The notes under the pieces were generated by a model, which made no database searches, was not told the DNA's origin, and saw only the letters and a list, made by a program, of their open reading frames with translations. A program made the position numbers and the translations under genes. Positions 39,074-53,100 of a stretch of DNA of 64,000 nt are shown here, piece by piece; positions within the stretch are counted from its first letter, which is position 1, and every line of letters starts with the position of its first letter. This stretch comes from Balanoglossus misakiensis (lineage: Eukaryota > Animalia > Hemichordata): contig CM082597.2 of the NCBI GenBank assembly GCA_040954595.2, positions 638,859 through 702,858 on the forward strand, read 5' to 3'.

Positions 39074-39950
39074 GTAGGTTTTAAATTACTAAATATAAAC
39101 TCATATATATTCAGTCTCTTTAAAATGCCAGGCTAATCGTTTTAGAGTATCAATATTTTGACATCATTAGTAAAGAATCGCTCAATTTTTTTGCATTAAT
39201 TTATTTGGCTTATTTTAACGTCTTTTGATGGCTTTTTAATATTGTTTTTACGCTCACCGAACTGGCTTCTCTAAAGCAAATTTGCATATATTTTAATATA
39301 CTAGCTTAATTGTTACTGACGCAAAAACTAGCTTCTGTTTAAAATTCCTTTCATTTATTTGAAAAAGTGAACAGATTGCACCACTTTCTTCTGAGAACAG
39401 AAACTATTCTCGTTTATAATAATTTGTTCGAAAACAATCAGAGAAATCAAACAGGATGAACGATACCTCTTCATTTTATTTCCACAAAACCAGAAAATAA
39501 ATTTATTTGCGTTTGAAATGGACCAGATATTAGGATTCTGGCCAAGATTTTAGGTTTACCCCCCAAAATGATCATTACGTCACTTGTACCAGGAATTTTA
39601 ACGAAATAATTATGCAAAGGACACAAAATAATGATTAATAAAGGAACTATTGTCTTCTTAGTTCCGGAATTTTCGAAAAGTCACCAGAATTTAAGTGGTA
39701 CCAGTATCTGAGAACCTGCATTATAATTAATATCACACGCCAAATTGAATAGCTGAATATCACAGTTGTATCTATTTATCCGAAATTTATGTGGATTTTT
39801 TTTTTGGTGGGGGGGGGGTGATACCCTTTCTTTACTCTCAAAAGTCTAGAACATTCGTTCTTCATACATCACAAATTGTACTGTTCATGATTTGTTGGAA
39901 AGTTTGCAATGACATCGTGGTTTTTTTTATGTTACAGTGAAACTACAAGG

Positions 39951-40940
39951 ATGACGTCACTGACATCTTTAGCTCTGATAGTATTGATGGCTGTCGCCAT
40001 ACATGTTTCTTCTCATCCCATTGACAAGACAACAAATAGTCGTGTCACACAAGTTGAGAGCGGAGCATCACTACATGCTGTCAGAGAGAAACTGAATCAA
40101 CTGGCCAGCCTAATGCATGACATAACTTGTATCATGGCAGAGACTGTGTCTGACTCTGACGATGAAGTAGATGAGATGCATGTCGACAAGGAGGAAGAAA
40201 AAGTAGAAGAAGAACTGGATCGCATTTCTGAGCACGTCCACGATGGCTTATCAGTGCAAAACGAGGGTCTTGATGCTGAGCATGTTTCCATGGTTTCGCA
40301 CGACGAGAAAACAGAGGCGGAGCAAGTGGAAGGCGATGTCAAGATGGCGGAAGGTTTTGACGAAAATGCCATTTTTGAACATACTGACGACATTCACGTC
40401 CTCAATCACGTGATGCCAGCATCTCTTCCGCTCATAAAGATGGAAATGGGATTCATCGTGCCTCTCTGCAAAGCGATCAAAATATATGCCGAAGACGTTC
40501 TAGTAGTTGACGAATCTAATATGTATCTAGACACCGAGACGAAGGTTGAAGCGTTTCTTGAAATGGCGGACAGCTACGGCGATGCGGCCAGAAAAGCCGC
40601 AGCTAGTTTATGCACATCTGGAGAAGACGATGAAACAACCACGGAAGAATCTGACGTTGAGGGCGCTCAAGTCGCACACGAAGACGTCGCCATGGAAACT
40701 GAAGGAGAGGTCCAAGCACAAGATGTCTCAGATCTGACTCCTGAAGAAATCGAGGAAAAGATAATGTTGTTCTGCCGAAGTGTCGAGAACGCCAAAAAGG
40801 TGTTGATGACCGGAGAAACAGAAGGCACTCAACTGCCAAACATGCACGAAGCCGTCCGACTTCTCGTCAACTTCATGGTTGAAGAAGACTGGGACACACT
40901 TGTTGATATCTGCACTTCTCAAAACGAATCACTCGAGTGA
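39951..40940 (+). CDS. Secreted Asp/Glu-rich, His-containing protein of unknown family (329 aa)
   Basis: Uninterrupted ORF. The ATG is 13 nt after a splice acceptor. Signal peptide MTSLTSLALIVLMAVAIHVSS|HP, acidic tracts, 5 Cys, AATAAA at 40948. Confidence 0.85.
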   Translation: MTSLTSLALIVLMAVAIHVSSHPIDKTTNSRVTQVESGASLHAVREKLNQLASLMHDITCIMAETVSDSDDEVDEMHVDKEEEKVEEELDRISEHVHDGLSVQNEGLDAEHVSMVSHDEKTEAEQVEGDVKMAEGFDENAIFEHTDDIHVLNHVMPASLPLIKMEMGFIVPLCKAIKIYAEDVLVVDESNMYLDTETKVEAFLEMADSYGDAARKAAASLCTSGEDDETTTEESDVEGAQVAHEDVAMETEGEVQAQDVSDLTPEEIEEKIMLFCRSVENAKKVLMTGETEGTQLPNMHEAVRLLVNFMVEEDWDTLVDICTSQNESLE

Positions 40941-41045
40941 AATATCAAATAAACACGATTCCAATTCAACCCTAGACCACTTGTACACAAAACGTATACA
41001 CTTTGTTTTCGGCGTTTAGTCACGTGATAAACTCATCCTCATCCA

Positions 41046-41155
41046 TAGCTGTGGAAACGCAGCTGTTCCGCCGGGGGGGGGTATGCTAATTCCCCACGGA
41101 AAAGGTAATTAGCATATATCCCCCCACCGGCGGAACAGCTGTGTTTATACAGCTA
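41046..41155. mobile_element. 110-bp palindromic MITE-like element with probable 9-bp target duplication
   Basis: Arms TAGCTGTGGAAACGCAGCTGTTCCGCCGG...TATGCTAATT and AATTAGCATA...CCGGCGGAACAGCTGTGTTTATACAGCTA. Flanks are CCTCATCCA and CCTCACCCA. Confidence 0.7.
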
Positions 41156-41737
41156 CCTCACCCACAGCAGAACATATTCCACCAAATTAAAACGATATTG
41201 ACCATGACCTGTTTTAGTGAGTCAACAAACGTTTCTGTACATGTATTTAAAACACTGACATAAAATACTGATGATGTAACTTGTCTTTAAATGCACAGTA
41301 ATTTGAATGAAATCTCTCAAATTCTGCAATAGTGCAAAGTGCCAACGTTCTTTTTATTTTCATGTGATCAGTTTGTTTGTTTTTTGAGGGGAGAGGTTAT
41401 GGCACTATAGATGTTCATAAAAATCAGGCTGTGGTTAACGTAGATTAGAATACATGTTGATGCAATTGATAATTAGGTTTCAATAAAGTAACATTTTACT
41501 TGGTGCATCTTTTGCCTTAGTCCAATATGTCCGTGACACCACTTAAGTGGGAGATGTTCATGGGGATTATGTACAAAATGTTTCAATTCATCAATAAAAT
41601 ATATAAAAGTACATTTGTATGAAGGTGAGCCCCCCAGAAGTTACGTAGTGCTCGGAAGGTAATGGATGTACCAACTGAACATGCGTACGCCGACATCTCC
41701 ATCGTAACGAGATCTCGTGAGATCCAGCGTCACTGCG

Positions 41738-44700
41738 TCATACCTTATCCACTTCCATTTCTGTTCTGTCGATGGTGGTATTTCCGTTGTTTGTTGAAGA
41801 GACCTCTGCAGCCTCGTTTGACCCCAGGAAGCTCGCAATCCGGTCACGCAGGCTGGCAATTTCCTCTTCTTTCTGTAGACGGAACAGTACATGTGTTAAC
41901 AATGATGGAAAAGTCAATCTGGTAACTTTGAATTGCGAGAAGCAAGTTGTGCCATATGGGCCCCATCTCTGCAGCTGCTGACAGGATGACAACAACCCTT
42001 CTAATTATCGACAGACAATGAAGTCTCATTACTAGCGTTTTTAAACATTAATTTTGTGGTATTCAGTTTGTAAAGCCATTGAAAGCTAGATGCAAATTCA
42101 ACTTACATCCACCAGTGACGCTTCCAAAGAAACGATAACTTTATCCATTTCCACAATTTTCTTACTGAGGCTCTTCTCGCGATGCCCGGATGTGGATGCT
42201 GGGTGTACTTTGTTGACACTGGGGGCAGGACCTTGTTTCTCGTTCACAATGGTTGTTATTTTTAGATCGGCGTCTATTGGGGTATTTCTCAGGGCAAGCA
42301 CCTGCAGATTGAAAGAAGGGGAGGGAGGTAATAAGTTTTGGAGATCGACAGGGTTTTGCAAGAAACCAGCCACAATTAGCTAGATCAGTCTTCATTGTAT
42401 AGAGCATTTACTGGCCCTTACCTTGGGAAAGAAGACAAGACACAGAGTGATGGACGTGCAGAACAGGATGAAGGACGCCACCAAACAGTAAGCCACGGTC
42501 ACCTGATCTCCAAGGACAGCACTGATTGGTGCTCCGATTATACACAATGTTGCAACATTGTAAATTGACAGACCAATGTATTTACTGTCATTCAGTTCTG
42601 GGATAGTGACTTTCCTGGGAAAGTAGAACATTGTTAGTATTATTTCCAAATATCAAATAAATATCGAACATTCAAAGGTCACATAGTTTAACCCTTCCAC
42701 CCTCAGTTCCCTCTTTAGAGGTCCAAACTTACCATAGAAAACAATGGGTTTGGACTGAACCATGGTGGTGAAAGGGTATGATACTTGGATAGTGGATTTG
42801 CAAAGCATGGATGAGTCATGTAATCATACCTGGTTTCCCATGCTAATCTGGCACCGTAGAGTAACAGCATCACTTTCACCGAGTATATGGTACCTCGCCA
42901 AATATACGGATTGTATTTGACTGACTGACAACATTCCAACTGGGGTACAATGATGATGTCATCGCCATCATAGTCATACTAGAAAGAAATGAACGATGAA
43001 TGAATGAAGGAAAGAATCAATTAAAAGTTAATCAACCAGCAATTCAACAAACTAACAACCAAACAACCAAACAAATCATGCAAGAAACAATGAATATTAT
43101 TTGAAGTACAATTTGAGAACATAAATACTTACTGTTATCGTCAAATTTCGTATCACTCTTTGTGGGGGGTCTACAACCATCCATGTGGTCAAAATAATCA
43201 CGTCAATGACCAATAAGATCACAATTGTCAGGAATAAATGATAGTCCTTGATAACCTGTCGGAAACAAAAGCAGCGATGTATTATTATGAAAGGTCACGG
43301 TAAATCTATTCATGGATCTCGAGAGGAAATACGACCAATCAGACATTCATTAGCAGGCAGAACATTTGATCGACGAGATTGGCAAGTTTCAATTTTCATA
43401 TCGAGCTTATTCATAAAATCTTCCGACCATTTCAATCCTACACAGAGGATCTAAAACTTAGATAAGACAGTACACGGACGTAAAGTCATGCATATAGGGG
43501 TCATGAAAGTGACCTATACATAAACTCACCCTCTTTTTCTTGGTGGCGTTAGTAAAAATGACGTAGACTCTCCAAGTTTTTGAAAACAAACCACCAAATG
43601 CCAGAGTAAAACCGAGACACAGAGTCCATATCCGTGCCTGTAATGCAAAGTCATGTATTACAGTTTGTAATGCTTTGTATAAAACTAGAATAAGTCTATT
43701 ATGAGCATTGCGTTAATGATCAGCCTCAGGTCATGCTTTCTGGTAACAAAACACGCTAAGCAAGAACAAATCCCCTTTTTTCTGTTCCACATTGGACTTG
43801 GAAAATATGCCCTGCTGTTAACAACTGGAACTTGTGGTGTGAACGTGCAATATGACACGTCTTCCCTGGAGTGTTCGGTCGAGATTTTGCGAAGGAGTCT
43901 TGAAGTATTCTTGAGTAGGGTATCTGCGTGCAATTTTAACTCCTTGTTCCAACCGGCACCATTCTGTCTTATCTGACTGAGTTGCTAATGTATCGAACTG
44001 TGTCAAATTTCACCCACTGACACACTGTTGTCATCTGGGCAGTAGCCCTTGAAGGAGATTTGCAATTATGGGGCATGACAAGTCTTAAAGGTCGTCGGTA
44101 ATCTTATGTGCAACCGTGGAAGACTAATGTTAATAAATTGCCAATCTTACCCTGCAAACAAAGATGAAGCCATCGGGTCCAACCAGTGCGCCATCAACAC
44201 CGAACAAGCAAACTGACACGTAGCAGACAACACTACCAAACGCGATGACGTTATTCATTTTGGGACTTGAGAGTTTAATCAGCCTGAGAAGAGAAAAAAA
44301 GAAGATTCTAGGTCATACAATAGGCATGGCCACATAAGCGTTGTACCACAGGGAAATGAGGTATTGGTCAGTATAATATCGACCAACTGGTTGTATTTTA
44401 TGCAGTAGCGGAGATGGATATCAACATTTTAGGGACAGGATTATTTGCACACCGATTTCTGCTCGCAGGAATCAACCAAGTTGTCTGCGAACAAAGACAT
44501 CTACATAAAAGATTTGCCCCACGTGTTGTTCCATCTTGAGATGAATTAATCAATATGCAGTGCATGTTCGCTGAGAGCTCACCCGTATCAAATGACGTAG
44601 TTCGAACCCTTTCCACTTTTTACGACAAATCAATGTAATTGTCAGTTTAGAAGCTTCATTAAGGACAGATAACTGCACTTTGATTACTTTGAACGCCACA

Positions 44701-46053
44701 AGTTCACTGAAGCACGTTTCATGTCTTACTTCTCTGTCATATCTTTGCGGATTCAAACATACGGCATCAGATACAAGCTCATTTGACATTCCAATCTAAT
44801 CCACGCCTTGCCATGCCGGGACCTTCTCGCTGCATGAATAACGATACGACTGACAGGGATTTCTATAAACTTTTTACACACGGGTAATCGTGTAGGGTAC
44901 GGAGACATTCCAGTGACATAAAGCCAAATGGTTGCCATGGTATCACACCATCAACGATTCTTGTAGGTTTTGCAAAGGTAAAGCGTTTTTAAATGAAGAC
45001 ATGCGTCTGTTGTCAACTCAGAAGAATGTGCAGCTTCTGGTATCACAGGCAGCAGGTGCGATAGAGACAGTGGTTATATCCTGTCCTTTGAAGTCGACAT
45101 CGAAAACCAATCCAAAAACTACAAAACTTGATAAGAAGCCCGACTCGAGATTCCTCCGGGGAATTATTTTATAAAACTCTAGAAAGCACGGTGTATTAAT
45201 GAACATCTGGGTTCAGTGTGTGTAACTGATATTTTTCTCAGAGAGAACAGAAAATGCAGTTGATACACTGAACAAGCGAGCTTGTGCAACGACCTTTCGC
45301 AAGTTTCAGACTCTGCAGTAGAAATCTGTTCCAGATGTTATGTTTCACTTCAATTTTATGATTATTTCATTGAAAGTACTGTGTTGCAGGTAATGTTTAC
45401 TGACTGAAATTAAATGCTCTCTTACTTTCTATTCCTCCGTGATATATTGAAGTACAGCAAACAGAACGCCAATAATACACCAAGGGACGCCAGCACCGAA
45501 AAGACGATAAATACAGGAGCAGCTATGTTTTCGTTCACAATCATCGTCTGCGCTGAGTCCATAGGAACACCATCACCTACAGGTGTAGAATAAAGTGTAT
45601 TCTAGAACTTATTAATCATAATGTTAGAAATGGGGGGGGGGGAGGGTCTTACAGCAAGTGACTCTACTGAAATGTATACTTTTAAATCAGTGCAAACTTC
45701 AGAATGTAAGACGCCACTTCCTTTTGAATCTCTGATACCCCCTGAATGAACAGTTAGAGAACAGTTTACCTCTAAAACGTAGCTTCTCATCCTCATTGAT
45801 CCAGACCAGCGATCCTTGCGGATAGAAGAGACCTAACGTGATGTCGCGAAATTCATTATTAACAGGATCCACTGTAAAATATAGTGACGCCAAAGTAACA
45901 ACGGTGAGTGATAATGGATGGTTCAAAAATAGATAGAGATTAAGTCAGAGAGACAAAGTAGTCATATTACATACATACATAAATACATACATACTTACCG
46001 TACATACATACATACATACATACATACATACATACATACATACATACATACAT

Positions 46054-46084
<31 letters not shown>

Positions 46085-46112
46085 TACATACATACATACA
46101 TACATACATACA

Positions 46113-46146
<34 letters not shown>

Positions 46147-49100
46147 CATACATACATACAGACATACAGACAGACAAACAGACATACACATTGTTTTCCT
46201 TACCTCCTAATTGCTCTATTTTAGTAATCCCAAATCGATCGCCGTGGTCATTAAACGACACAGGTCCCTATTCAGAATAAAGATACAAATTGACAACCTT
46301 ATTCATTGTGCCTTATTTGTTTTTCACAAATGTGAACCTCAATCTATATAGTGGCCACTTAGTTACAGTCCCTGTTATAAAGGCCAGTTTAGGAAAGTCT
46401 TTCGTAAAGTTACGGTATATATACAAACCAGTAGACAGTTTTGACGACATGGAATGTCTAAAACATGACTTACCGACACACCAGCAAAACTAGTCGCATT
46501 AAAAGACTTCATGAACAAGTCTCGGATTCCATGAGTGTCATCATAGTCGAAATCTTCAATACCAAATTCAGAGCCTTCATCTGCAAGTTGTTCAGCAACT
46601 CGATGCAACATGAGAGCTGTGGCCCATAGTGCGTCGTAACCATAGGAAGAATATTCCTGTCCACTTGGATTTGTACCATTTAAGTATCGACGATATGATG
46701 TTAGATATTCTGACGAAGTCTGGGTGGAGACATTAATGATTAAACATAAATACTGTATGATATATTTATACATGTCTGGCCAAGAACTATTCACTAAATG
46801 AAATATAAATATATCATGCACAAACTATTATACGGTATCATACCAATTATTCGACAAAATGCATTTCAGTTGGAAGCAAGTATATTAAGTAAATTATTCT
46901 CAGTATCACAATACATGTAATAGGAGAAGCTGTTTTGAAATCAAACTGGGTGTCCAGAATATCATTCATGTTCTGTTTTGAACCAAATGACATATAATCC
47001 GTATATATACATTATGTCATTGCCTGTGCATTATTACAATATGGGGCGCCTTCATCCAGATGGGTTAGATGACTCTGTACAGGTAGGTATCACTTACCAT
47101 GCCTGACACTGTTGTTGTGTCGTCTGGACTGAGTGGCAATCCTTCTGTTCCAACTGCATATTCGATGACTTCTTTAATCTGTTCCACAGTGCAGTCAATG
47201 TTGCTTGTATCCAGCCACCAGCCATGGATGTACCAACCCAGAATGAAGTACACATACTTGGATCCATACATTCCCAACTTGTAGGCCTATTTTACCAACA
47301 CAACGGGTGTTAGTGAGAACATATAAATGTTTAACATCAAGTGGGCATTATGCATATACATGTTCTAGTACACACTCATGAACAACACACAGCAGAAATT
47401 TTAATTTTAGTGAGTGAAGTAAAATTACAATCAAGGAATTGATATGTGGCCACTGCTTATTGAAAACAATATGACATTTATACAAACCTCACAGAACAAA
47501 ATTCTTGCTTGGTCTTCGTACATATTTGTTACAATTATCCGTCCATCCTTCGCCTGAAACATAAAAGTCGAAGCATAAGAATACCGTACTGCGCAAGTTT
47601 ACGAGGTCGCCGTACCCTACGTACATCTACTTTAAACAGTTTGATCCCAAGGTTGCTACTTTTAGACAACGTTAGGGTTGGGTTAAGTGGCTATTCGGTA
47701 AATCGCAAGTGTCCTACAACCAGGAATTAGTTCTTTTTCTTCTGTGAAATGAGGAAAAGATTTTTTCTAATGTGCTCATTTATCACGTTTTATATCATAG
47801 CTTGTTCAATTCAACAATTTTACAATTATACGTTAGATTGGAAAAAATCTACGTCGAAATCATACACAATACTATATCCGTGGCATAAGTAGATTGATCA
47901 AAAAGAAGCAAAGGAGGCATCTTTTGACAACTTGAGTATGAACGTGACAAAGTATGCATTTGCTTTTGTGAGGAAGCTTCATCTAAATGGTCCCGTTGGC
48001 ACGTACATGTGTCACACAAGGAGTGATGAGTGCCAGGTTTCATTAGAGTGGTGTCACATTTGATGGGTTTGATAAATACAATCATACCACCTTTACATGT
48101 AATTTTCTTTCTATACTGTACACTGAGAAATAAGCTGGAGTTTAACAAATTTAGGAAGAAACAATAAAGAGATTGTTAACACCTAAACAAGATACACGAA
48201 GCCAAACCATATGCTCATGATCAGTGTAGTGAAAGATAATCAATTCCTGAAACTTTCTCTGTCAATATTCAAGTCACGTGTGTACTCACCTTAATGTTTG
48301 CTAGTTGATTTGTTGGCACGCTGCCAGAATCCACGCTCTCTGACGTCACTAGTTCAATGCCATGAACTTCCAAATCACGAACTAGCAAGTTGGTGGCCTA
48401 GGTGATAAAATAACGATTAAAGTCAGACTTAACGTTCTGTGCTGGTGCTACTAATTTGTGTGTCCACACTTTTTTCACACCAACGAAATCGTCGACAGTA
48501 TTAGTAATAACTCTTCGTACAAAACCAGTCAAGTAAATCGTACATAGAGGTAAAAGTTACTAACAATGGAAAATAATTCCTCCATCTGATGTATAGTAGC
48601 TACTCGCTTCCAACCATAGTGTTTGAATAATTGGATACGGGGAGCGTTGACGGCTGAATCAGTAGGATACGTCCGGAAAAAATACTTGTATCTGTCCCGG
48701 TTCGATAAGGCATCAGATGCAGAAGCATAGGACATCTGGAAAAAGAGAATTAAGTATCTATTAACCCAATCAATCAGTCAGTCACGCAGTCAGTCAATCA
48801 AATGTGTCTCTCTTTGGGGCTGGTCTGTCCATCCATGAACTGCGCCTACGTTTCTGCACAATATTATTGTCCATACAAATTTGCCAGCTGGTGAATTGAA
48901 ACTACACACTACTGACACGGGCCTGAAAAACATTCTTACCTGCACAAGGTTCCAATGTTGAGCTGTGGCCGCAACTGGTTGACTGACAACAGAGCACGCT
49001 GCACCCAACAAAACTGTCTTCACTGGTTCTTCATACAATAACTCGAAGAAGCTTTTCATTCCAACTCCGGCGTTGCACTACAAATAAAACAAAACTAAAA

Positions 49101-50103
49101 CGCGTTTAAACATATTCCAGTGAAAACTTTCTTATTCTTCCAATCATTCAGTACAGACATCATATCGCTGTAGATAGTATGACAACTTTGATACATGTAA
49201 TGATGTTTCACATGGGATTCATTTCATCTTCTTTGTAAATCTTTTGTGTTAACAGTCATATCAATATTATGAAACCGTTGTATGCATTTCTCCACAACTC
49301 AGCATCTCATTTTCTCGCTAAATGCCATTCCCCCATTTTCCCTTTTATCCGCCTGATAAGACTTGAATACGATTCACATAGAATTCCTTTCCACTCTGTA
49401 GACTGTAGCAATATCGACGGAAACTGATAAATTGTGAACCTGATAATTTATATTTTGTATAGAAAGAACTCATCTTTCTGATTACTGGGCGGTATTCTAT
49501 TACTTATTTATTTAGCCCTAACTTCTTGAGGACAATTAACCCACACATCTAAAACATTTATGAAATTAAATCTTTGTATAAATTATGTAGGCATGTTAAA
49601 CCTTTTTGCTTTCATTTTCTGAATAATTTGTGACACATTATATGAGTTACACTTTTTAGTACACAGTAGAAATAATGTTAACTCAGGGAAAATGAATAGT
49701 CAAGTATTGACTTGATGAGAATGACTTAATAATCTTCAGTCTGGTTATGATATATTTATACAATAGTAAGAAATCGTTTCTAGTTTACAATACGCCATAT
49801 TTCTCATAATCCTCTTTAAATACTACCGTAGTTTCCATGGCCGGCCTTTCTTGTGCTTACCTGTGTGTCTTTCCATTCCATTCTCAGCGTATAGTTGGGA
49901 AGAATGTTCTCATTCCCGTTGACCTGATCCAGCGCCATTTCCACACCTGGCAGTATTCCCGATGCATCCCAAGCCCCACCCATCGGGAACAGTGCTCCGA
50001 TGGTGATGTTGGTTTTCTGTGTCTCGCACAAACGCAGATGGACAGTTGATAACAGAAGTAGAAACGTGTTGACGGCCATACTGCTCGTCAGATGTGTCAC
50101 CAT
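41738..50103 (-). CDS. GABA-B receptor-like class C GPCR (Venus flytrap domain + 7TM + C-terminal coiled coil)
   Basis: Minus-strand exons approx.: 50103-49861, 49077-48940, 48735-48565, 48397-48290, 47553-47488, 47286-47098, 46719-46474, 46267-46204, 45871-45770, 45576-45426, 44283-44151, 43637-43530, 43255-43133, 42978-42830, 42614-42422, 42301-42107, 41872-41738. Motifs: [79 protein letters not shown]. No cysteine-rich domain between VFT and TM1, as in GABA-B. Confidence 0.92.
42688..42780. mobile_element. piggyBac-like MITE (~95 bp)
   Basis: TTAA|CCCTTCCACC ... GGTGAAAGGG termini. The internal sequence is shared with the copies at 55424, 56483 and 29485. Confidence 0.7.
45967..46190. repeat. 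Compound (CATA)n/(CAGA)n microsatellite
   Basis: Long catacata/cagacaga run in a GPCR intron. It produces the spurious MYVCMYVC ORFs. Confidence 0.95.
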
Positions 50104-53100
50104 CTCGTCGCATTACCTTTCTTCTGGAAACAAAACCAGTTTTGTTCATCGGAATTAGTTTTCAGCTGTCAATAGCTGCACTAATTATACAATAATGACC
50201 AAATAAATCATTTTTGGAATAATGAGAGAAATGAATACCATATATCATGAATTAATACCTGAATAAGTGATGCGCAGTAGCATAACAAAAATTGATCAAT
50301 CTCAATGCCTATTTATGAATTTATAAGGTACAATGAAATGCCAGCTATTCTTGTGTTGACAAGACAGTGAAGCTGTAGGGTGCACGATGACTGATCGACT
50401 ACAAGTAGACAATTTTGCGAACTCCAGAAGACCCTGCTTGGTCTCGCGTGACTAGGCAGGTTGCATGGAAGGACAATCTCATGTGACATACAACAGTGAA
50501 TCTGTACCGGTAGACTGAAAGATGACTGAACGACATATGGTGAAACAAGCTTACAGGCAAAATTGTTACATTTGCTGCTTCGATACATATATTGATAAAC
50601 AAAGAACAGCAAATTGTGGAGTATAATGGATTACCTACAAATTAGCCTGAGTGGATACATACATGAAGACGCACTGTTGTATCAGATTAGCTTGCATGTC
50701 TACCCCTCGTTAATAATATGAAATGTTTCTTCAGTAATGAATATACCATCTATGACGTCACCATGAAAAGCGTAACATCAAATCTATAATATCACTCCAT
50801 CATATACACAAACAACAAAAATTGCGTCAAAGCAATTTCATTGTCAGTTTAATGACATATTTACATATTTCGAAATAGCTAATGTGCTTTTCTTTAGAAC
50901 CAGTCTCCGGGTGACGGATGTAGGACTACACTTTACAAAATTGGAATCGGCAATATGAATTAGTCAGTGGTCATCCAGGAAATGAAACAAAGAAACCCTC
51001 CAACAACAAAAACACAATATCATGCCTGTGTACAACTAATCCTGGAGCTGGACTATTTGGGGAACTGCAGTCGTGATTGTTGACAGCCGTTAAGGAGATA
51101 TTTTTGACATGTGAACATCAGAACTCTAAATCGCACGAGAGATCATCTCTTTCCAAGGCAGCGGTTAGCCATAATTGATGACAACAATGCAAGGATAATA
51201 TAGTTGACGCTAATCAATGGCTATTAAATTTTATATTAATTTGTTAAAATGAAAAGCTTTCATTCATTAATGGCAACCCAAAAGGGAGACAATATCAGCT
51301 AATTAATAGGCAAACACAAAAATGTGTTTGTCGCCGCAATGTGTCATGATGTATCATCAACCAACGATTGCACGGAGCTTCTAGAACTAACTTTTAAAAA
51401 ATCTCAATGCAAATGCAGGGTCTGCAGTTTTCTGCACTGAAATGTTAAATGAAAAGTAAAATTGTTTGATTATTTTCAATACTTCTTCTCAAGGTTGATT
51501 ATCTGTTCACTCCTTCAAAAACGAGAATGTCATCGAGTGACCTTCACTGTCAATCATGGTTTTGAACATCATGAAGAAAAAACCTCCACTTTTTCATTTT
51601 TTGTTTGTTTCGTGTATTGCTGATCTTCTTCAATCACCACACCAAGGTGACAAACCCAAACGCTTCACTTGGTCCCACTCATCCAGAATCCTCAATTGAC
51701 AATTCTAAGCGGAGTTGAAACACAATTAGCTCACGCTATAATACCCAAATACAATCATCAACAACATAAAATAAACCGTAAATGAGAAAATATGCCTTAA
51801 CCCATGAACTTCAATGAACATGCAAACGCATCATTATATTCCTACAATTTTAAACCACACAAACTCATAAAAACCCGTTTTAAACTACTTAAAACATTTC
51901 CGTTTGAAAACCTGCTTCCAGTGATAATCTTTAGGATAGGCGAGTGAAAATATACAACATGACAAGCCTTTTGGAGATGTTCAATTCATTTGATTCGTGA
52001 ATTCAGAATGGAAAACATGTCAAAGTAACTCTTCTCTCAAAAAGCAGAGCAGTATGATTTATTTAGTTGGATTGTCAGTGCAAGCTATTTTAAGGCATGT
52101 TTCAATCAGTTAGATCAATCTGGCTAAAGGGTATAAAGAAGCTTAAGATTATATACTCACCGCTTTAAATAGTAATAAGGTAGCTTAGCAAGTTATTTTC
52201 GCTGTGCGCTCTCTATGAGATAACTGTCGGTACCTAACTGTGAAACCTAGCATATATGATGCTCATTTTATTGTCTCGCAATGACTCTTGGGAGCATCTG
52301 GGATTAACTTGCAATTTGTATCGCAACCGCCCACAGGTGACCTATTTTAAACCAAGAGTCAATCGCGATTCATCACTTCAACGAACAAATGCGAAAACTC
52401 ATCAGATGCAAATTACTGGCGGGAAACACACGTACTCCATCCCGTTTCCTGAAATAGCTGAATTAGCAAACCACGTCTTTGTAATTCAAAGACAGTAATA
52501 AACAAAAAAGACAGTAAACTGTACAGAATGAGTACTTAATCGACAAAAAGTTAACCCAAACTGAGCATGCATCGCATAGTAATGTAATTGAGTACATTAA
52601 TGAGGTACTATCTTTAAGACACAGCCAGTAATGATCAGCCTGGAAGGACTCAAGAAAAATTTCTGTTGAAACACGCAGTCCCTTCCCATCTATTAATGAT
52701 AATCCATGTTGACTGGAAAAAATACCCTACGGCCTGTTAATGATTGATCACTGTGGAATTCATCATCTATTAGTACGCCGTTCGGAGACAAATTTTTCTG
52801 GAAAACAACAGTCCTCTGAACTTTTCAATTTTTTGCTAATATTAAAGTGCGAGAGGAGTGTTTTTGAAAACAGATGATGAAATAGGATGTTCACTGTTCA
52901 CTATCTTGTTTTCACAAAACTCACTACTTTAATTTTCTCCATAGAGTATATAATACAAAGGTTCTCAATCAACTTACATATGACAAACTAATGTAAAATG
53001 TCTCAGAACATGAAACAGAATGTATAAAATGGCCGCCCAGTGGCCATATTGGATCATACTGCAACACAAATGCATTATATGTACATCAAAGTAGATTAGT

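Noticed and set aside
45945-46261. MYVCMYVC ORFs
   Set aside because: Translation of the (CATA)n microsatellite.
47671-47686. GTTAGGGTTGGGTTA as telomeric repeat
   Set aside because: Only about two imperfect units inside an intron. No telomere array is present in the window.
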